Made by a program: the position numbers and the translations under genes. A DNA stretch of 64,000 bases, from positions 2,752,001 to 2,816,000 of the forward strand of contig OZ252239.1 of NCBI GenBank assembly GCA_965249485.1, given 5' to 3'. Positions within the stretch are counted from its first letter, which is position 1, and every line of letters starts with the position of its first letter. Below are positions 1-9,877 of this stretch, piece by piece. This stretch comes from a bacterium (GTDB lineage: Bacteria > SM23-31). The notes below the pieces were generated by a model. The model was not told where the DNA came from, did no database searches, and worked only from the letters and a program-made list of their open reading frames with translations.

Positions 1-18
1 ATTGAGAAATGACTTCAT
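1..18 (-). CDS. 5' end of a gene running off the window edge (MKSFLN...)
   Basis: ATG at 18 preceded by a GGAGG Shine-Dalgarno on the minus strand, downstream of the SDR gene; only 6 codons visible. Confidence 0.4.
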
Positions 19-88
19 CCACTATCCCTCCGACCGAAAAATTTAAAAGGTGAATTCTCTTTAAATAGAAAGAAACCTTGTAGCATTT

Positions 89-877
89 TTACTTTTTCTG
101 CGATGCACGTACAGCTCCAGTGGTAACACCACCATCAACAAGTATTGTCTGTCCAGTAATATATTCACTTGCATCGGAAGCAAGAAAAACAACTGTACCA
201 TCAAGGTCATTCGGCAGTCCCGTGCGTTTGAGAGGAATGCGATCACAAATATATGAAACCCATTCCTTATCTTCGTAAAGAGCAACATTCTGTGCAGTTT
301 TAAACCATCCGGGAGCAATACAATTGACCGTTATACCATGAATGCCCAACTCATCGGCAAGACTCATGGTAAGCTGCTTCGTTCCGCCCCTACTAGCACA
401 GTATGGTCCTATTCCTGCATAACCAAACACACTCGTCACCGAACCAATATTAATAATTTTTCCATATTTGCGTGGTATCATCTTCCGTGCAACAGACTGG
501 GTTACGAAATACGTACCCCGCAGGTTCGTATCAAGTACAAGATTCCAGTCATCCCAGGTAATATCTAAAAGAGTTTTGCGAACATTACAGCCGGCATTAT
601 TTACGAGAATATCTATCCTGCCATAAGCGTCCCATGCGGCATCCATCATCTTCTGGATACTATCATAATCGAGAACATCCAATTCTAACGGTACCGCCTT
701 ACGACCGAGTGTTTCAATCTCGGTTTTAAATGATGTTAATGAATCGAGCTTCCTGCTTGTAATCACGAGATCGGCACCTGCTTTTGCCAGAGCCTTTCCA
801 AAGCATTGCCCGAGTCCGCGGCTGGCACCTGTTATTACTGCTACTTTTCCCGATAAATCAAAAGTGTTATTACTCAT
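89..877 (-). CDS. SDR-family oxidoreductase (gluconate 5-dehydrogenase / KduD-like)
   Basis: TGASRGLG Rossmann motif, NNAG, catalytic YCASR (YxxxK variant), PGWFKT. Confidence 0.9.
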   Translation of the reverse strand: MSNNTFDLSGKVAVITGASRGLGQCFGKALAKAGADLVITSRKLDSLTSFKTEIETLGRKAVPLELDVLDYDSIQKMMDAAWDAYGRIDILVNNAGCNVRKTLLDITWDDWNLVLDTNLRGTYFVTQSVARKMIPRKYGKIINIGSVTSVFGYAGIGPYCASRGGTKQLTMSLADELGIHGITVNCIAPGWFKTAQNVALYEDKEWVSYICDRIPLKRTGLPNDLDGTVVFLASDASEYITGQTILVDGGVTTGAVRASQKK

Positions 878-905
878 ACGTTAGTAACTCCTTTATGTTT
901 TTATC

Positions 906-1937
906 CTAAGGAACTAAAATTACCTTCAAGAGTCCGCCTTCCTTCTTTTTCAACCGCTCAAACCACAATGCTCCTTCAGAAAGCGGTGCCACCCTGCTTA
1001 TTAAGGCATCAACATTCACCTTGTTGCATGCTATCATATCCAGACACGCTGGATATTCTCCGGAAGATGCGCACGAACCATACGCCGAAATCTGCCGGGT
1101 CACTACTTTCTGTAAAGGAAAGTCAACTGTAGGTGACAGATTGCCGACAAGGCTGATCGAGCCGCCTTTTTTTACACTTTCAACCGCTATAGTAAACGTT
1201 GGTGCAATACCGACAGCTTCAAAAGCAATATCGGCACCAAGGTTTTCAGTTCTTTTGAATATTTCTGCCGGGACATCAAGAATATCCGACCTGAATCCTT
1301 CATCTGCACCAAGTTTACCGGCAATATCCAGCTTGTTCTGTATAATATCTACCGCAAAAATATTTCTGCAGTCGGTGTTTTTCAGTAATTGTATAACAAG
1401 CAAACCAATAATCCCTGTCCCGACTATTACGGCGGTATCGTGTACAGAAATCGGCATTCGATCGACAGCATGAAACGCAATCGACAATGGCTCTATCAGT
1501 GCAGCCTTCTCGAAGCTTACTTCTTCAGGTAAACGATACACAATACGCTCCGGAACAGATACATACTCGGCTAATGCACCATTCCGGTGGTATTCATCGC
1601 ACGACACCCCCATAACCTTCCGATTATCACAGAGATTTATTAGTCCCTGACTGCAATAGCGACAGGTACCGCAATAGATAGTTGAATCAAAAGTGACACG
1701 ATCACCTTGAGAAAAATCTTTCACATTTTTCCCAACTTCAACAATAATACCGGAAGCCTCGTGACCCATAATGATAGGCGGTATCCTTCTTCCAGAGCTT
1801 CCATCCATACCTTGTACATCACTTCCACATATCCCACATGCTTTTACCTCTACAAGAATGTCATCAGGGGATATCTTCGGCATCGGTACATTTTCATAAA
1901 CGAATTGATTGTATTCCTCCAGAATCAGAGCCTTCAT
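906..1937 (-). CDS. Zn-dependent alcohol dehydrogenase (galactitol-1-P / iditol dehydrogenase-like, MDR family)
   Basis: CGSD, GHE, structural Zn motif CGTCRYC...C, GTGIIG NAD-binding motif. Confidence 0.9.
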   Translation of the reverse strand: MKALILEEYNQFVYENVPMPKISPDDILVEVKACGICGSDVQGMDGSSGRRIPPIIMGHEASGIIVEVGKNVKDFSQGDRVTFDSTIYCGTCRYCSQGLINLCDNRKVMGVSCDEYHRNGALAEYVSVPERIVYRLPEEVSFEKAALIEPLSIAFHAVDRMPISVHDTAVIVGTGIIGLLVIQLLKNTDCRNIFAVDIIQNKLDIAGKLGADEGFRSDILDVPAEIFKRTENLGADIAFEAVGIAPTFTIAVESVKKGGSISLVGNLSPTVDFPLQKVVTRQISAYGSCASSGEYPACLDMIACNKVNVDALISRVAPLSEGALWFERLKKKEGGLLKVILVP

Positions 1938-2064
1938 ATTGTTACTCTTCTGTAAATGGGTTCAGTATTGGGGATGAATGTGAAATGTTATACTGTTTTT
2001 TTTGTCGATACGGCAATGCCACTGTTCTATTTATAGAAAAATTTTTAAAGTGAAGCGTTCATTA

Positions 2065-3339
2065 TCATAATCCGAATAAATCTTTTATCGCCACAACAGC
2101 TGTATATGATATAATACATGAGAAAATAAGAGCTGAGAACAAACCCAGATTCAGAAGAATTCCCGATTTATATTCACCCATGTATTCTCTGCGATTTATA
2201 AGGTATGTAATGCCAAGGATAATGACAGGGAGAATGAAAACGGTTGCCACCTGGGTTGCAATTTGTGCAGCAATAGGATTGACCCGTAAAATCGGAACAA
2301 CTAAGCCAAACAGACATCCCACTCCTGCCAGAATACGAAAAAGTCGGGAATTTGTGTCCAGTTCCCCCGCTCTATAATCGGCAATGAGCAACGGCGAAAC
2401 CATGAGTATGGGAAATATGGAGGACAGACCGGCACTCAGAATTCCGACTAAAAAAATAGCAACAGCAAACTTGCCTGCCAATGGTTCGAGTATCTGAACC
2501 ATATCCAAGACTTTAATAATAACATCACCACGGTGAAATAATGCACCAGTGGCACAAACCATAATGGAGCCACTGATGATAAAGAGGAACAGAGCAGAAA
2601 CAAAAGAATCACGACTTTGCTCTCTGGTATGATTTGAGATCCATCCTTTTCCTTTCATTAAAAGCGGTCTGACAACAAATGTCGGCGCCGCCATAGTTGT
2701 TCCCACAAAAGCAGCAACCATCAAGGTCGCTCCTTCTACGTCAGGGATGGAAGGAATAAATCCTCGTGCAATTTCTCCCGGTGAAGGTAAAACAAAAAAC
2801 ATGGATACAATAAAAGAAACCCCCATAAGCGTAACAAAAAATACCAGAACCTTTTCAAAGAAAGAATACTTGCCAACATAAATGAGTGCATACATAACGA
2901 GAATGATTGCAATGGCAAGCCCAAGAACCGCCCAATAGCTACCCGGACTTATACTTGGATAAAATATTTGTAAACCTTCGTATATAGCATGAGCCGAAAG
3001 CCCGACTATTCCGGAAAGGGCAAACCACTGCCCCATAACGACCCCGATTATTGTCAAAATGGCGATAACCTTCCCGTATTTGAAGTGGGTTTTAAAGCTG
3101 TGTATCGTAGTATTTCCGCTCACCACCGCATAGCGTCCGTATGCTTCCATAAGCACCCAGGAAAACAGGCAGCTCAACGCGAGTACCCACAAGAGTTCCA
3201 CACCGTATTGCGAACCTGCTTTAGCCATGGATGTAACACTGCCGGTACCAATTGTATAACCGATACAAAATAATCCGGGACCAACAGCTAAAAGAAGTTT
3301 CCAAATTCGTTTTATTGTGACTCCCATCTTTTTAGGCAA
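2065..3339 (-). CDS. Nramp/APC-fold transporter, non-canonical
   Basis: About 11 hydrophobic segments; GPG...IGTGS in TM1 in place of DPGN; start may be ATG at 3327. Confidence 0.8.
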   Translation of the reverse strand: MPKKMGVTIKRIWKLLLAVGPGLFCIGYTIGTGSVTSMAKAGSQYGVELLWVLALSCLFSWVLMEAYGRYAVVSGNTTIHSFKTHFKYGKVIAILTIIGVVMGQWFALSGIVGLSAHAIYEGLQIFYPSISPGSYWAVLGLAIAIILVMYALIYVGKYSFFEKVLVFFVTLMGVSFIVSMFFVLPSPGEIARGFIPSIPDVEGATLMVAAFVGTTMAAPTFVVRPLLMKGKGWISNHTREQSRDSFVSALFLFIISGSIMVCATGALFHRGDVIIKVLDMVQILEPLAGKFAVAIFLVGILSAGLSSIFPILMVSPLLIADYRAGELDTNSRLFRILAGVGCLFGLVVPILRVNPIAAQIATQVATVFILPVIILGITYLINRREYMGEYKSGILLNLGLFSALIFSCIISYTAVVAIKDLFGL

Positions 3340-3986
3340 ATTAACTATAACTATCTCTTAATTTCACCGTAGAAAGTTCTGAAACCAAGTACTTGTAAAT
3401 GTTTGAAATCATTTAAATATATATGTTTTAAAAATGTCTGAACTACTACCATTTTGCCAGTTATTATTATTTCATTTTCCAGGGTGGTGTACCGGGAAGG
3501 AGTATCTCAAATACCCGGCGTTTTATCGTAGGTAGCATTGTAATACCACTCTATAACAGTTAAGCCAATATTTCTACATCAATTTTCTGAAAGAGATTAA
3601 TTGGGTTATATATGAAATATGACGCAATTTTAAGATGTGATGTACTTTGACAGAGCGTATAGGTTACTTAGATATATTTAATATAAATAATAAGATATAC
3701 ATGTGGCTTATACAAGTGTTTTCTGCTCTCCATTCTTGTTCATCAATTACACAAATCACATAAAATATATGAGTGGTCCGCAATCCTGTCGAACATACAC
3801 CAAACTTCGGCTCGCGCCGCTGTATTTTTCTCTCCTTTCACTGTTTCCGTTATATTGTGCTTGTTTTAACTCAAGTGTATGAATTTCCATGAATAGAAGT
3901 TAGCCGGCTATTAGTAATGAGTAAACGATGCATAGCTGCGGTGGAAGGTGAAATTAGAGGCATTCAATGTATAAAATCAAATAATA

Positions 3987-4020
3987 TCATCAACAAAAAT
4001 CGAAAATATTTTGTTGATGA
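3987..4020. repeat. Perfect 12-bp inverted repeat, possible operator or hairpin
   Basis: TCATCAACAAAA-N10-TTTTGTTGATGA between divergent transcription units. Confidence 0.55.
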
Positions 4021-4090
4021 GAAATTTATGAACCTGTATTTTATTACTATAGCGACACTATAACAACAACGTACTCACAAATAAAAACTC

Positions 4091-4119
4091 TTGATTATTA
4101 AGCAAAATCTTAGTACTCT
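4091..4119 (+). promoter_or_regulatory. Putative sigma70 promoter for the oxidoreductase genes
   Basis: TTGATT-N17-TACTCT; imperfect consensus match. Confidence 0.35.
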
Positions 4120-4452
4120 CCTTCCAGTTTAAAATGTAGAATCTTAAATATTCAAGTGTCGGCCCACTAACTTTTTGCGTACCTGAGTCAGATGAAGCAA
4201 TCCGTTTATATGTATATCAGGGCGACGTTTAATAGAGCTGGCACTCTCTGATCTCGTTTAGAGGCAATGGTCCCGATTCGTAGCATTTTGTTTATGTATG
4301 ACTCTTACATTTTTTCACTTTCTACATTCATAGAATTTTCCGCAAGGATAACTGTTGTCATGAGAGCTCATCGTAAGCTTTTTCTCGTCCGGCATGTACA
4401 TCTTTGTTAAAACCATCATATTTACAGCTTATTATATTCAGGAGTAGTATCA

Positions 4453-6495
4453 ATGGCAAAAAATGATAAAAGCGATGTTGCGGGCAATCCCGGATTTGTT
4501 GGTAAGGAAGTAACTCTGTGCTTTGGTGGCAAGGCTGGAGACGGTCTTGACCGGGCCGGCAATCTGGTTGCAAGGAGTGTTAACCGACTCGGCTTGTATG
4601 CGCAATCGTATAACAGTTATCAGTCCCTTATCCGCGGCGGCCACACGTTTCTCAGAATCCGTATCGCTGAAAAAAAGACTCATTGTATCGGCGATCAACA
4701 AAACTTTCTCATCGCATTGAACCAGGACAGTGTAGAGCGGCATGCGAAACAAATCGGAGAAGGCGGCACTGTAATCTACAATTCCGATAAGGTGTCATGC
4801 GACAAATCTCTGATTGGCAACAATGTACATCTCGCTCCGATTCCCGTCAAGGAAATTACTAAGGACATGGGGAAACTTCTGCCAATAATGCAAAATACGG
4901 TAGCGGTCGGCGCATTTCTTTACCTGGCAAATTTCGAAATTCAAGCTCTTGAAGATGTTTTAAAAAACATATTTAAGCACAAAGGGAAAGAAATTGTTGA
5001 CCTGAATTTAAAGGTAGCACGGGGTGGTTATGAATATGCAAAAAATAATTTTGAATCTGCCCGGAACGCTGAAAAATGGAAATTGTCTCAACAGCCGAAA
5101 CCGTTCTTTACCGGAAACCATGCATTAGCACTTGGGGCTGCTGCAGGCGGATTGAAATTTTATGCAGCATATCCGATGAGTCCTGCGAGTAATATTCTGC
5201 ACTGGCTCGTCGCGCATAATGAGGAATGTGGAGTAGTAGTAAAACAGTGCGAAGATGAAATTGCGGTCATAAACATGGCTGTCGGCGCGGGACATGCAGG
5301 AGTACGGTCGATGTGCGCTACCTCCGGCGGCGGCTTTGCCTTGATGTCTGAAGCAATTGGCCAGGCTGCTATGCTAGAAACACCGATAGTCATCGTCAAT
5401 GTTATGAGGGGAGGACCATCGACGGGACTTCCGACAAAAACCGAACAGGGAGACTTAAATCAGGCTTTCGGGGCATCTCAAGGGGATTTTCCCCGGGTTA
5501 TTGTTGCTCCAAAGAGCTCGACAGATTGCTTCCACACTGCTGTCGAAGCGCTCAATCTTGCAGAAAAATATCAAATCCCGGTAATTGTCCTCTCCGATCT
5601 ATTGCTCGGCGAGAACTTTGAGACTGTTGAACAAGATGCATGGTCTCATAATGTACCTATTGACCGTGGAGAATTGATCAGGGAGGTCCCGGAGCATTTT
5701 GCTAAAAAAGACGGATTCAAGCGGTATGCTTTTACACCGTCCGGGGTATCTCCACGACCGGTTATCGGATCTCCGAACATGGTGCATGTTGCCGCAACAG
5801 ACGACCATGATGAAGACGGGATCCTGATAAGTGATGTATTCACCTGCCCGCCAATGCGTCGAAAAATCATGGAAAAGCGTATGCGAAAAATGGATACCCT
5901 TCTAAAAGAAATTCCTGTTCCAGAGATTGAAGGGCCTGATGATGCGGAGGTAACACTCATCGGATGGGGATCGACATGGGGGGTGATTCACGAGTCTGTA
6001 CAGCAACTCAACAAGATAGGGATAACAACAAATCATATTCACTTTCGATATATGTATCCGTTTCATGAAAAAGAAACTTTGAAGCTCTTGGAAAAATGTA
6101 ATAAAACAATTGTTGTCGAAGTTAATTATACAGGTCAGTTCGCGCGTCATCTTCGTGCCGAAACAGGCTTTACGGTCGACGAGAAAATGTTAGTTTACGA
6201 TGGAGAACCTATCGAACCGAAAGCGATTACAGACAGAGTTGCTGATATCTTAAAAGGGAAACCCAATGATATACGGGTTACTGAAGAAGAAGCTCGAGAG
6301 ATCGCCTACCATTATATTCGAGTCCATCTTAGTGACAAGGCTCGTCCGAAAAATATCGTTCAGGTCAATCAGAACGGTTATGGTGAACCCATCTGGGACC
6401 TCGAACTTGTCGACAGAAAAACGGGTGATATGTGTGGAAAATTGGCAATCGGTGTTGAGACAGGTTCTACACACAAATGGGAACCGGTATCATGA
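4453..6495 (+). CDS. korA: 2-oxoacid:ferredoxin oxidoreductase alpha subunit (gamma-alpha fusion) with a C-terminal extension
   Basis: GGKAGDG, IRGGH, YPMSPAS, EDEIA, ATSGGGFALMSE, RGGPSTGLPTKTEQGD, GWGST; GGAG RBS. Confidence 0.93.
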   Translation: MAKNDKSDVAGNPGFVGKEVTLCFGGKAGDGLDRAGNLVARSVNRLGLYAQSYNSYQSLIRGGHTFLRIRIAEKKTHCIGDQQNFLIALNQDSVERHAKQIGEGGTVIYNSDKVSCDKSLIGNNVHLAPIPVKEITKDMGKLLPIMQNTVAVGAFLYLANFEIQALEDVLKNIFKHKGKEIVDLNLKVARGGYEYAKNNFESARNAEKWKLSQQPKPFFTGNHALALGAAAGGLKFYAAYPMSPASNILHWLVAHNEECGVVVKQCEDEIAVINMAVGAGHAGVRSMCATSGGGFALMSEAIGQAAMLETPIVIVNVMRGGPSTGLPTKTEQGDLNQAFGASQGDFPRVIVAPKSSTDCFHTAVEALNLAEKYQIPVIVLSDLLLGENFETVEQDAWSHNVPIDRGELIREVPEHFAKKDGFKRYAFTPSGVSPRPVIGSPNMVHVAATDDHDEDGILISDVFTCPPMRRKIMEKRMRKMDTLLKEIPVPEIEGPDDAEVTLIGWGSTWGVIHESVQQLNKIGITTNHIHFRYMYPFHEKETLKLLEKCNKTIVVEVNYTGQFARHLRAETGFTVDEKMLVYDGEPIEPKAITDRVADILKGKPNDIRVTEEEAREIAYHYIRVHLSDKARPKNIVQVNQNGYGEPIWDLELVDRKTGDMCGKLAIGVETGSTHKWEPVS

Positions 6496-6572
6496 CTATT
6501 GCATTACAAGACTAACATGATAATCAAAATTTTATTTGTCCTATCTATGATCACTACTGAAAGGTTTGCATT

Positions 6573-7460
6573 ATGGAAATAGTAGCGGAAAAAGAAGTCA
6601 AAACCAGAGATATTGTTGTTGATCCGGATTGGTGCGCCGGCTGTGGTGATTTTGGTGTTTTGAAGGGCTTGAAGAAAGGCTCTATAGATCACGATTTACA
6701 GGAAATTGAGCCGCATAATTTATTCGTTGCTTCCGGGATCGGGTGTTCTTCGAATCTGCCCGGATTCATTAATGCATATGGAGTACACGGATTGCACGGA
6801 AGATCCCTTCCGCTCGCAACGGGTGTAAAACTTGCTAATGAGAAAATGAATGTCGTGATAACCGGTGGAGACGGTGATGGATACGGTATCGGCGTAGGGC
6901 ATTATATCCATTCTATGCGGAGAAATCTCGATCTCACATATGTCGTTATGAACAATCAGATTTACGGACTGACAACGGGACAGGCTTCCGCGACAACACC
7001 GCAAGGCCTTAAAACAAAATCTACTCCTCAAGGAAATCAGGAAAAAGAACTCAATCCTTTAGCACTTGCGCTTGTATCGGGTGCCACGTTTGTCGCCCGT
7101 GCTTATTCCGGACAGGTGAAGCAATTATCTTCGATAATTAATCAGGCTATCAAGCACCGCGGTTTTTCAATCATCGACGTTTACAGTCCATGCATTACGT
7201 ACTACAACACCTTTGATGTACTTAAGAAAATTATCTACAAGATCGACGATGAGAAACCCGATCGAGACCTTACCGATATCAATGCTGCATTGGATATTGT
7301 GAGATCTTCCGAAGAGCGGATACCTATCGGGATATTCTATCAAGTAAATCAATCAATATATGAAGAATCCGACCCAGTTCTTTCACGAGGACCTCTCGTA
7401 GACCAATCAATCGGCCTGTCGAAAGATACATTTGAAAAACTTCTCGCGGAGACTATGTAG
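6573..7460 (+). CDS. korB: 2-oxoacid:ferredoxin oxidoreductase beta subunit
   Basis: WCAGCGDF, SGIGCS, HGLHGR, TPP-binding GGDGD...NNQIYGLTTGQ. Confidence 0.93.
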   Translation: MEIVAEKEVKTRDIVVDPDWCAGCGDFGVLKGLKKGSIDHDLQEIEPHNLFVASGIGCSSNLPGFINAYGVHGLHGRSLPLATGVKLANEKMNVVITGGDGDGYGIGVGHYIHSMRRNLDLTYVVMNNQIYGLTTGQASATTPQGLKTKSTPQGNQEKELNPLALALVSGATFVARAYSGQVKQLSSIINQAIKHRGFSIIDVYSPCITYYNTFDVLKKIIYKIDDEKPDRDLTDINAALDIVRSSEERIPIGIFYQVNQSIYEESDPVLSRGPLVDQSIGLSKDTFEKLLAETM

Positions 7461-8123
7461 ATAAGTCGGATACAGGAAAAAAAGCTCCATATTGATAGGA
7501 GAGTATTCCCGCATTCAATAACACCATTCCATACTCACCTGTTATTCAATACCGAATTCTCCATTTTCCCAGACCACAGATACATACATGCCAAAGTATG
7601 TATTATTTGCATATACATATTTTATTAGAGCAAAACAACGAATTATATGTATATACATTTATATTTCGAAGTGCTTGGTTTATCATATTATTTTCAATAT
7701 TATGGTATGAAATTTGGATCTTTCCTTCACTGACCAAACAGCCGTATACCCACACTACTTCCAAGTAGTTCCCATTGCATACTCAGAGATAAAACCGATT
7801 TTTTCCAGGATGGTGAAGAAAATGCTGCATCTTAGTCAAGCAGTACAATAATTTGAGATGATTATTTGTGGACCCTAATTGGTTAAACGGAGGACATTTA
7901 GGATTGAAATTATATACGCAATGTAAAAACCATTTTTCAGACTGCACAATTGGCTGAGAATTAAAAGTCAGTCACATAGAAAATTGAAATACACTTGTTC
8001 ACAAGCAAGTGCGGGCGTGGGGATTAGTCTTCGCAATACAGTTATTGCGGGATAGTATTACAACAAATAATACGTAAAAAAGTTATCTTTCTAATTTTAA
8101 CAAGACATTTATTCATTCCAAAA

Positions 8124-8442
8124 TTATTGAGTTACTTTACGCTTATAAATACATATTTCAATGGGATATCCTAAATTGTGTTGAGTATATTCAATTTTAT
8201 CTAATTCCCATCCTCGCTCACTAACAAAGTTTATTCTTTCTTGAATTTTATTAGCAAAACGAGAGTTTCCGAAAATATTTTCACCAATATAAGGATTGCC
8301 ATGATCAATTATGTCTACTTTGTATTCCCAAATAATCCCTTCTTGAGTCATTTGTGCATCTTCCATGTTCCAAAATATTGTAGCTATTAATACAAGGAAC
8401 AAAAATGTTGACTGTTTTGAAATAGTATTTGTTAATTTTCAT
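8124..8442 (-). CDS. Small exported DUF4177-like protein, probably frameshifted near its start
   Basis: WEYKV...GWEL...YKR pattern. Removing one base from the T4 at 8436-8439 joins ATG 8442 to the ORF and gives a signal-peptide-like MKLTNTISKQSTFLFLVLIATIF. Confidence 0.5.
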
Positions 8443-8799
8443 AGTGTTACACTCTTTGTTACGTTAATGAAATCAGAAATTTCATTGAACACAAATGAGA
8501 AGTCGCGATTTTCGTCAAGTCAAAAGTGTGAATTGAATAGTGGCAGTTTAAAATTTGACAAAAAAATGGATGCTGTAATACATTACTGTAGCTGTTTCTA
8601 AAGAGAAGTCCTTCATGATATATCACGAATGGAAAACCTAATTTAACAAAATAATCTAAAAATTATTGACGCTATCGGATCGAATGGAAAGCAATTAACT
8701 CAAAGAGACTCTCTTTGTATGTTGTTTTTCTTAATGAACATATTATTATTACATTACTAACAAGAAAAATATGGTTTTTGTAATAATGTTAAACCTTCC

Positions 8800-9384
8800 T
8801 TAAATCCAGCCATATTGAATTAATGATTTGTATGCACGCCATGAAAATAATGCTGCTAATAATATCAATACCGCATTTATTGTTAGCGTAAAAACAGCAA
8901 AAACCTGCATCCCCAAAATGATTGTTGTTATAACGAAAAATAGACAATTAGCTGCAAGCTTTTTTCTGCGAACCCGGTAAGGTTTTATTTGTTTTGCTAT
9001 TTCATCAGAGATCGGGCTATCGGGTTTAATTTCATTTAATGGAGCATCTATTTTTTGCTGCAAATACAGATGAACATAAGAAAGTGATCCCATCAATGCA
9101 AATAACAGTATAGTTTTAATCAACAGTATCCAATTAGTATATAGTGCCTCAATCCCCAGCGGTCCGTAAATAAGAAGAAGTATTCCAGAAATCAACACTG
9201 ATGATTGGAATACATAACATCTTTTCACACCGCCACGAATGATATTTTCCATATAATGATCAGCATAATAATTGAGTCCGGGACCAAATTTAGCCCGTTC
9301 ATTTACTGCGATTAGATTAAATAGGGGAATAGACATAAAAACAAAGCTTATGACGTGTACAAACTTTAGAATGTCGTATAACAT
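8800..9384 (-). CDS. Hypothetical integral membrane protein (4-5 TM)
   Basis: 194 aa, hydrophobic segments, N-terminal LKFVHVIS motif, GGAGG RBS. Confidence 0.75.
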   Translation of the reverse strand: MLYDILKFVHVISFVFMSIPLFNLIAVNERAKFGPGLNYYADHYMENIIRGGVKRCYVFQSSVLISGILLLIYGPLGIEALYTNWILLIKTILLFALMGSLSYVHLYLQQKIDAPLNEIKPDSPISDEIAKQIKPYRVRRKKLAANCLFFVITTIILGMQVFAVFTLTINAVLILLAALFSWRAYKSLIQYGWI

Positions 9385-9639
9385 TTTTAACCTCCCATTT
9401 ATTTGGGATTTGCGCCTATATCATAATAACAATACCAAATTTCACGAGAAGATTCTGTAAATCATCTGGACCATTCGAACACTTTGAGTTTAATAGTAAG
9501 ATATTCATTAAGATTTTACAAGAATATTCTGCCCCTCGGGCTGTACGATGTGCGAACCACAACGAATAATATGATTTTGCGTTGGGGGTAAAGAGAAATA
9601 CTCTACTCCACGTATCGATAATACTATAAGATTTCAAAA

Positions 9640-9821
9640 TCAATATTTTCTCCCAGAAAAATAATTATATGCCGTATTGCTGTTCATGATGATTTTAACA
9701 TCTTCTGAAGAAATACCGATATTCACATATGCAGAAGTTATACCCTCTGCAAGTTGCTTTTTTTGCCAGATAATGCCCCTTCATTCCACTCAGTAATAAT
9801 AATTGGCTTATTGTCCTTCAT
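9640..9821 (-). pseudogene. Decayed 4-oxalocrotonate tautomerase-family gene
   Basis: PIIITEWNEG / KKQLAEGITSAYVNIGISSEDVKIIMNSN...SG; frameshift at T7 9758-9764; AAG rather than ATG before the N-terminal Pro. Confidence 0.6.
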
Positions 9822-9877
9822 GTTTGATAAATAAATAATTACCAAAACAAAATTCAAGGATTTGTTTCTTAGCAGTA

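Noticed and set aside
4261..4310. GGCAATGG...ATGACTCTTAC resembling a fluoride (crcB) riboswitch
   Set aside because: P1 partner and pseudoknot complementarity are missing, and the downstream gene is unrelated
6579..6589. ATAGTAGCGGA identical to the tRNA-Met 3' flank (16791-16801), possible att repeat
   Set aside because: Only 11 bp, inside the korB coding sequence, and no integrase nearby
7460..8120. Short hairpins (7992-8011, 8032-8049) and AT-rich palindromes, considered as attC sites or a repeat array
   Set aside because: No repeated unit, no RYYYAAC/GTTRRRY boxes at suitable spacing and no integrase; may be simple terminators
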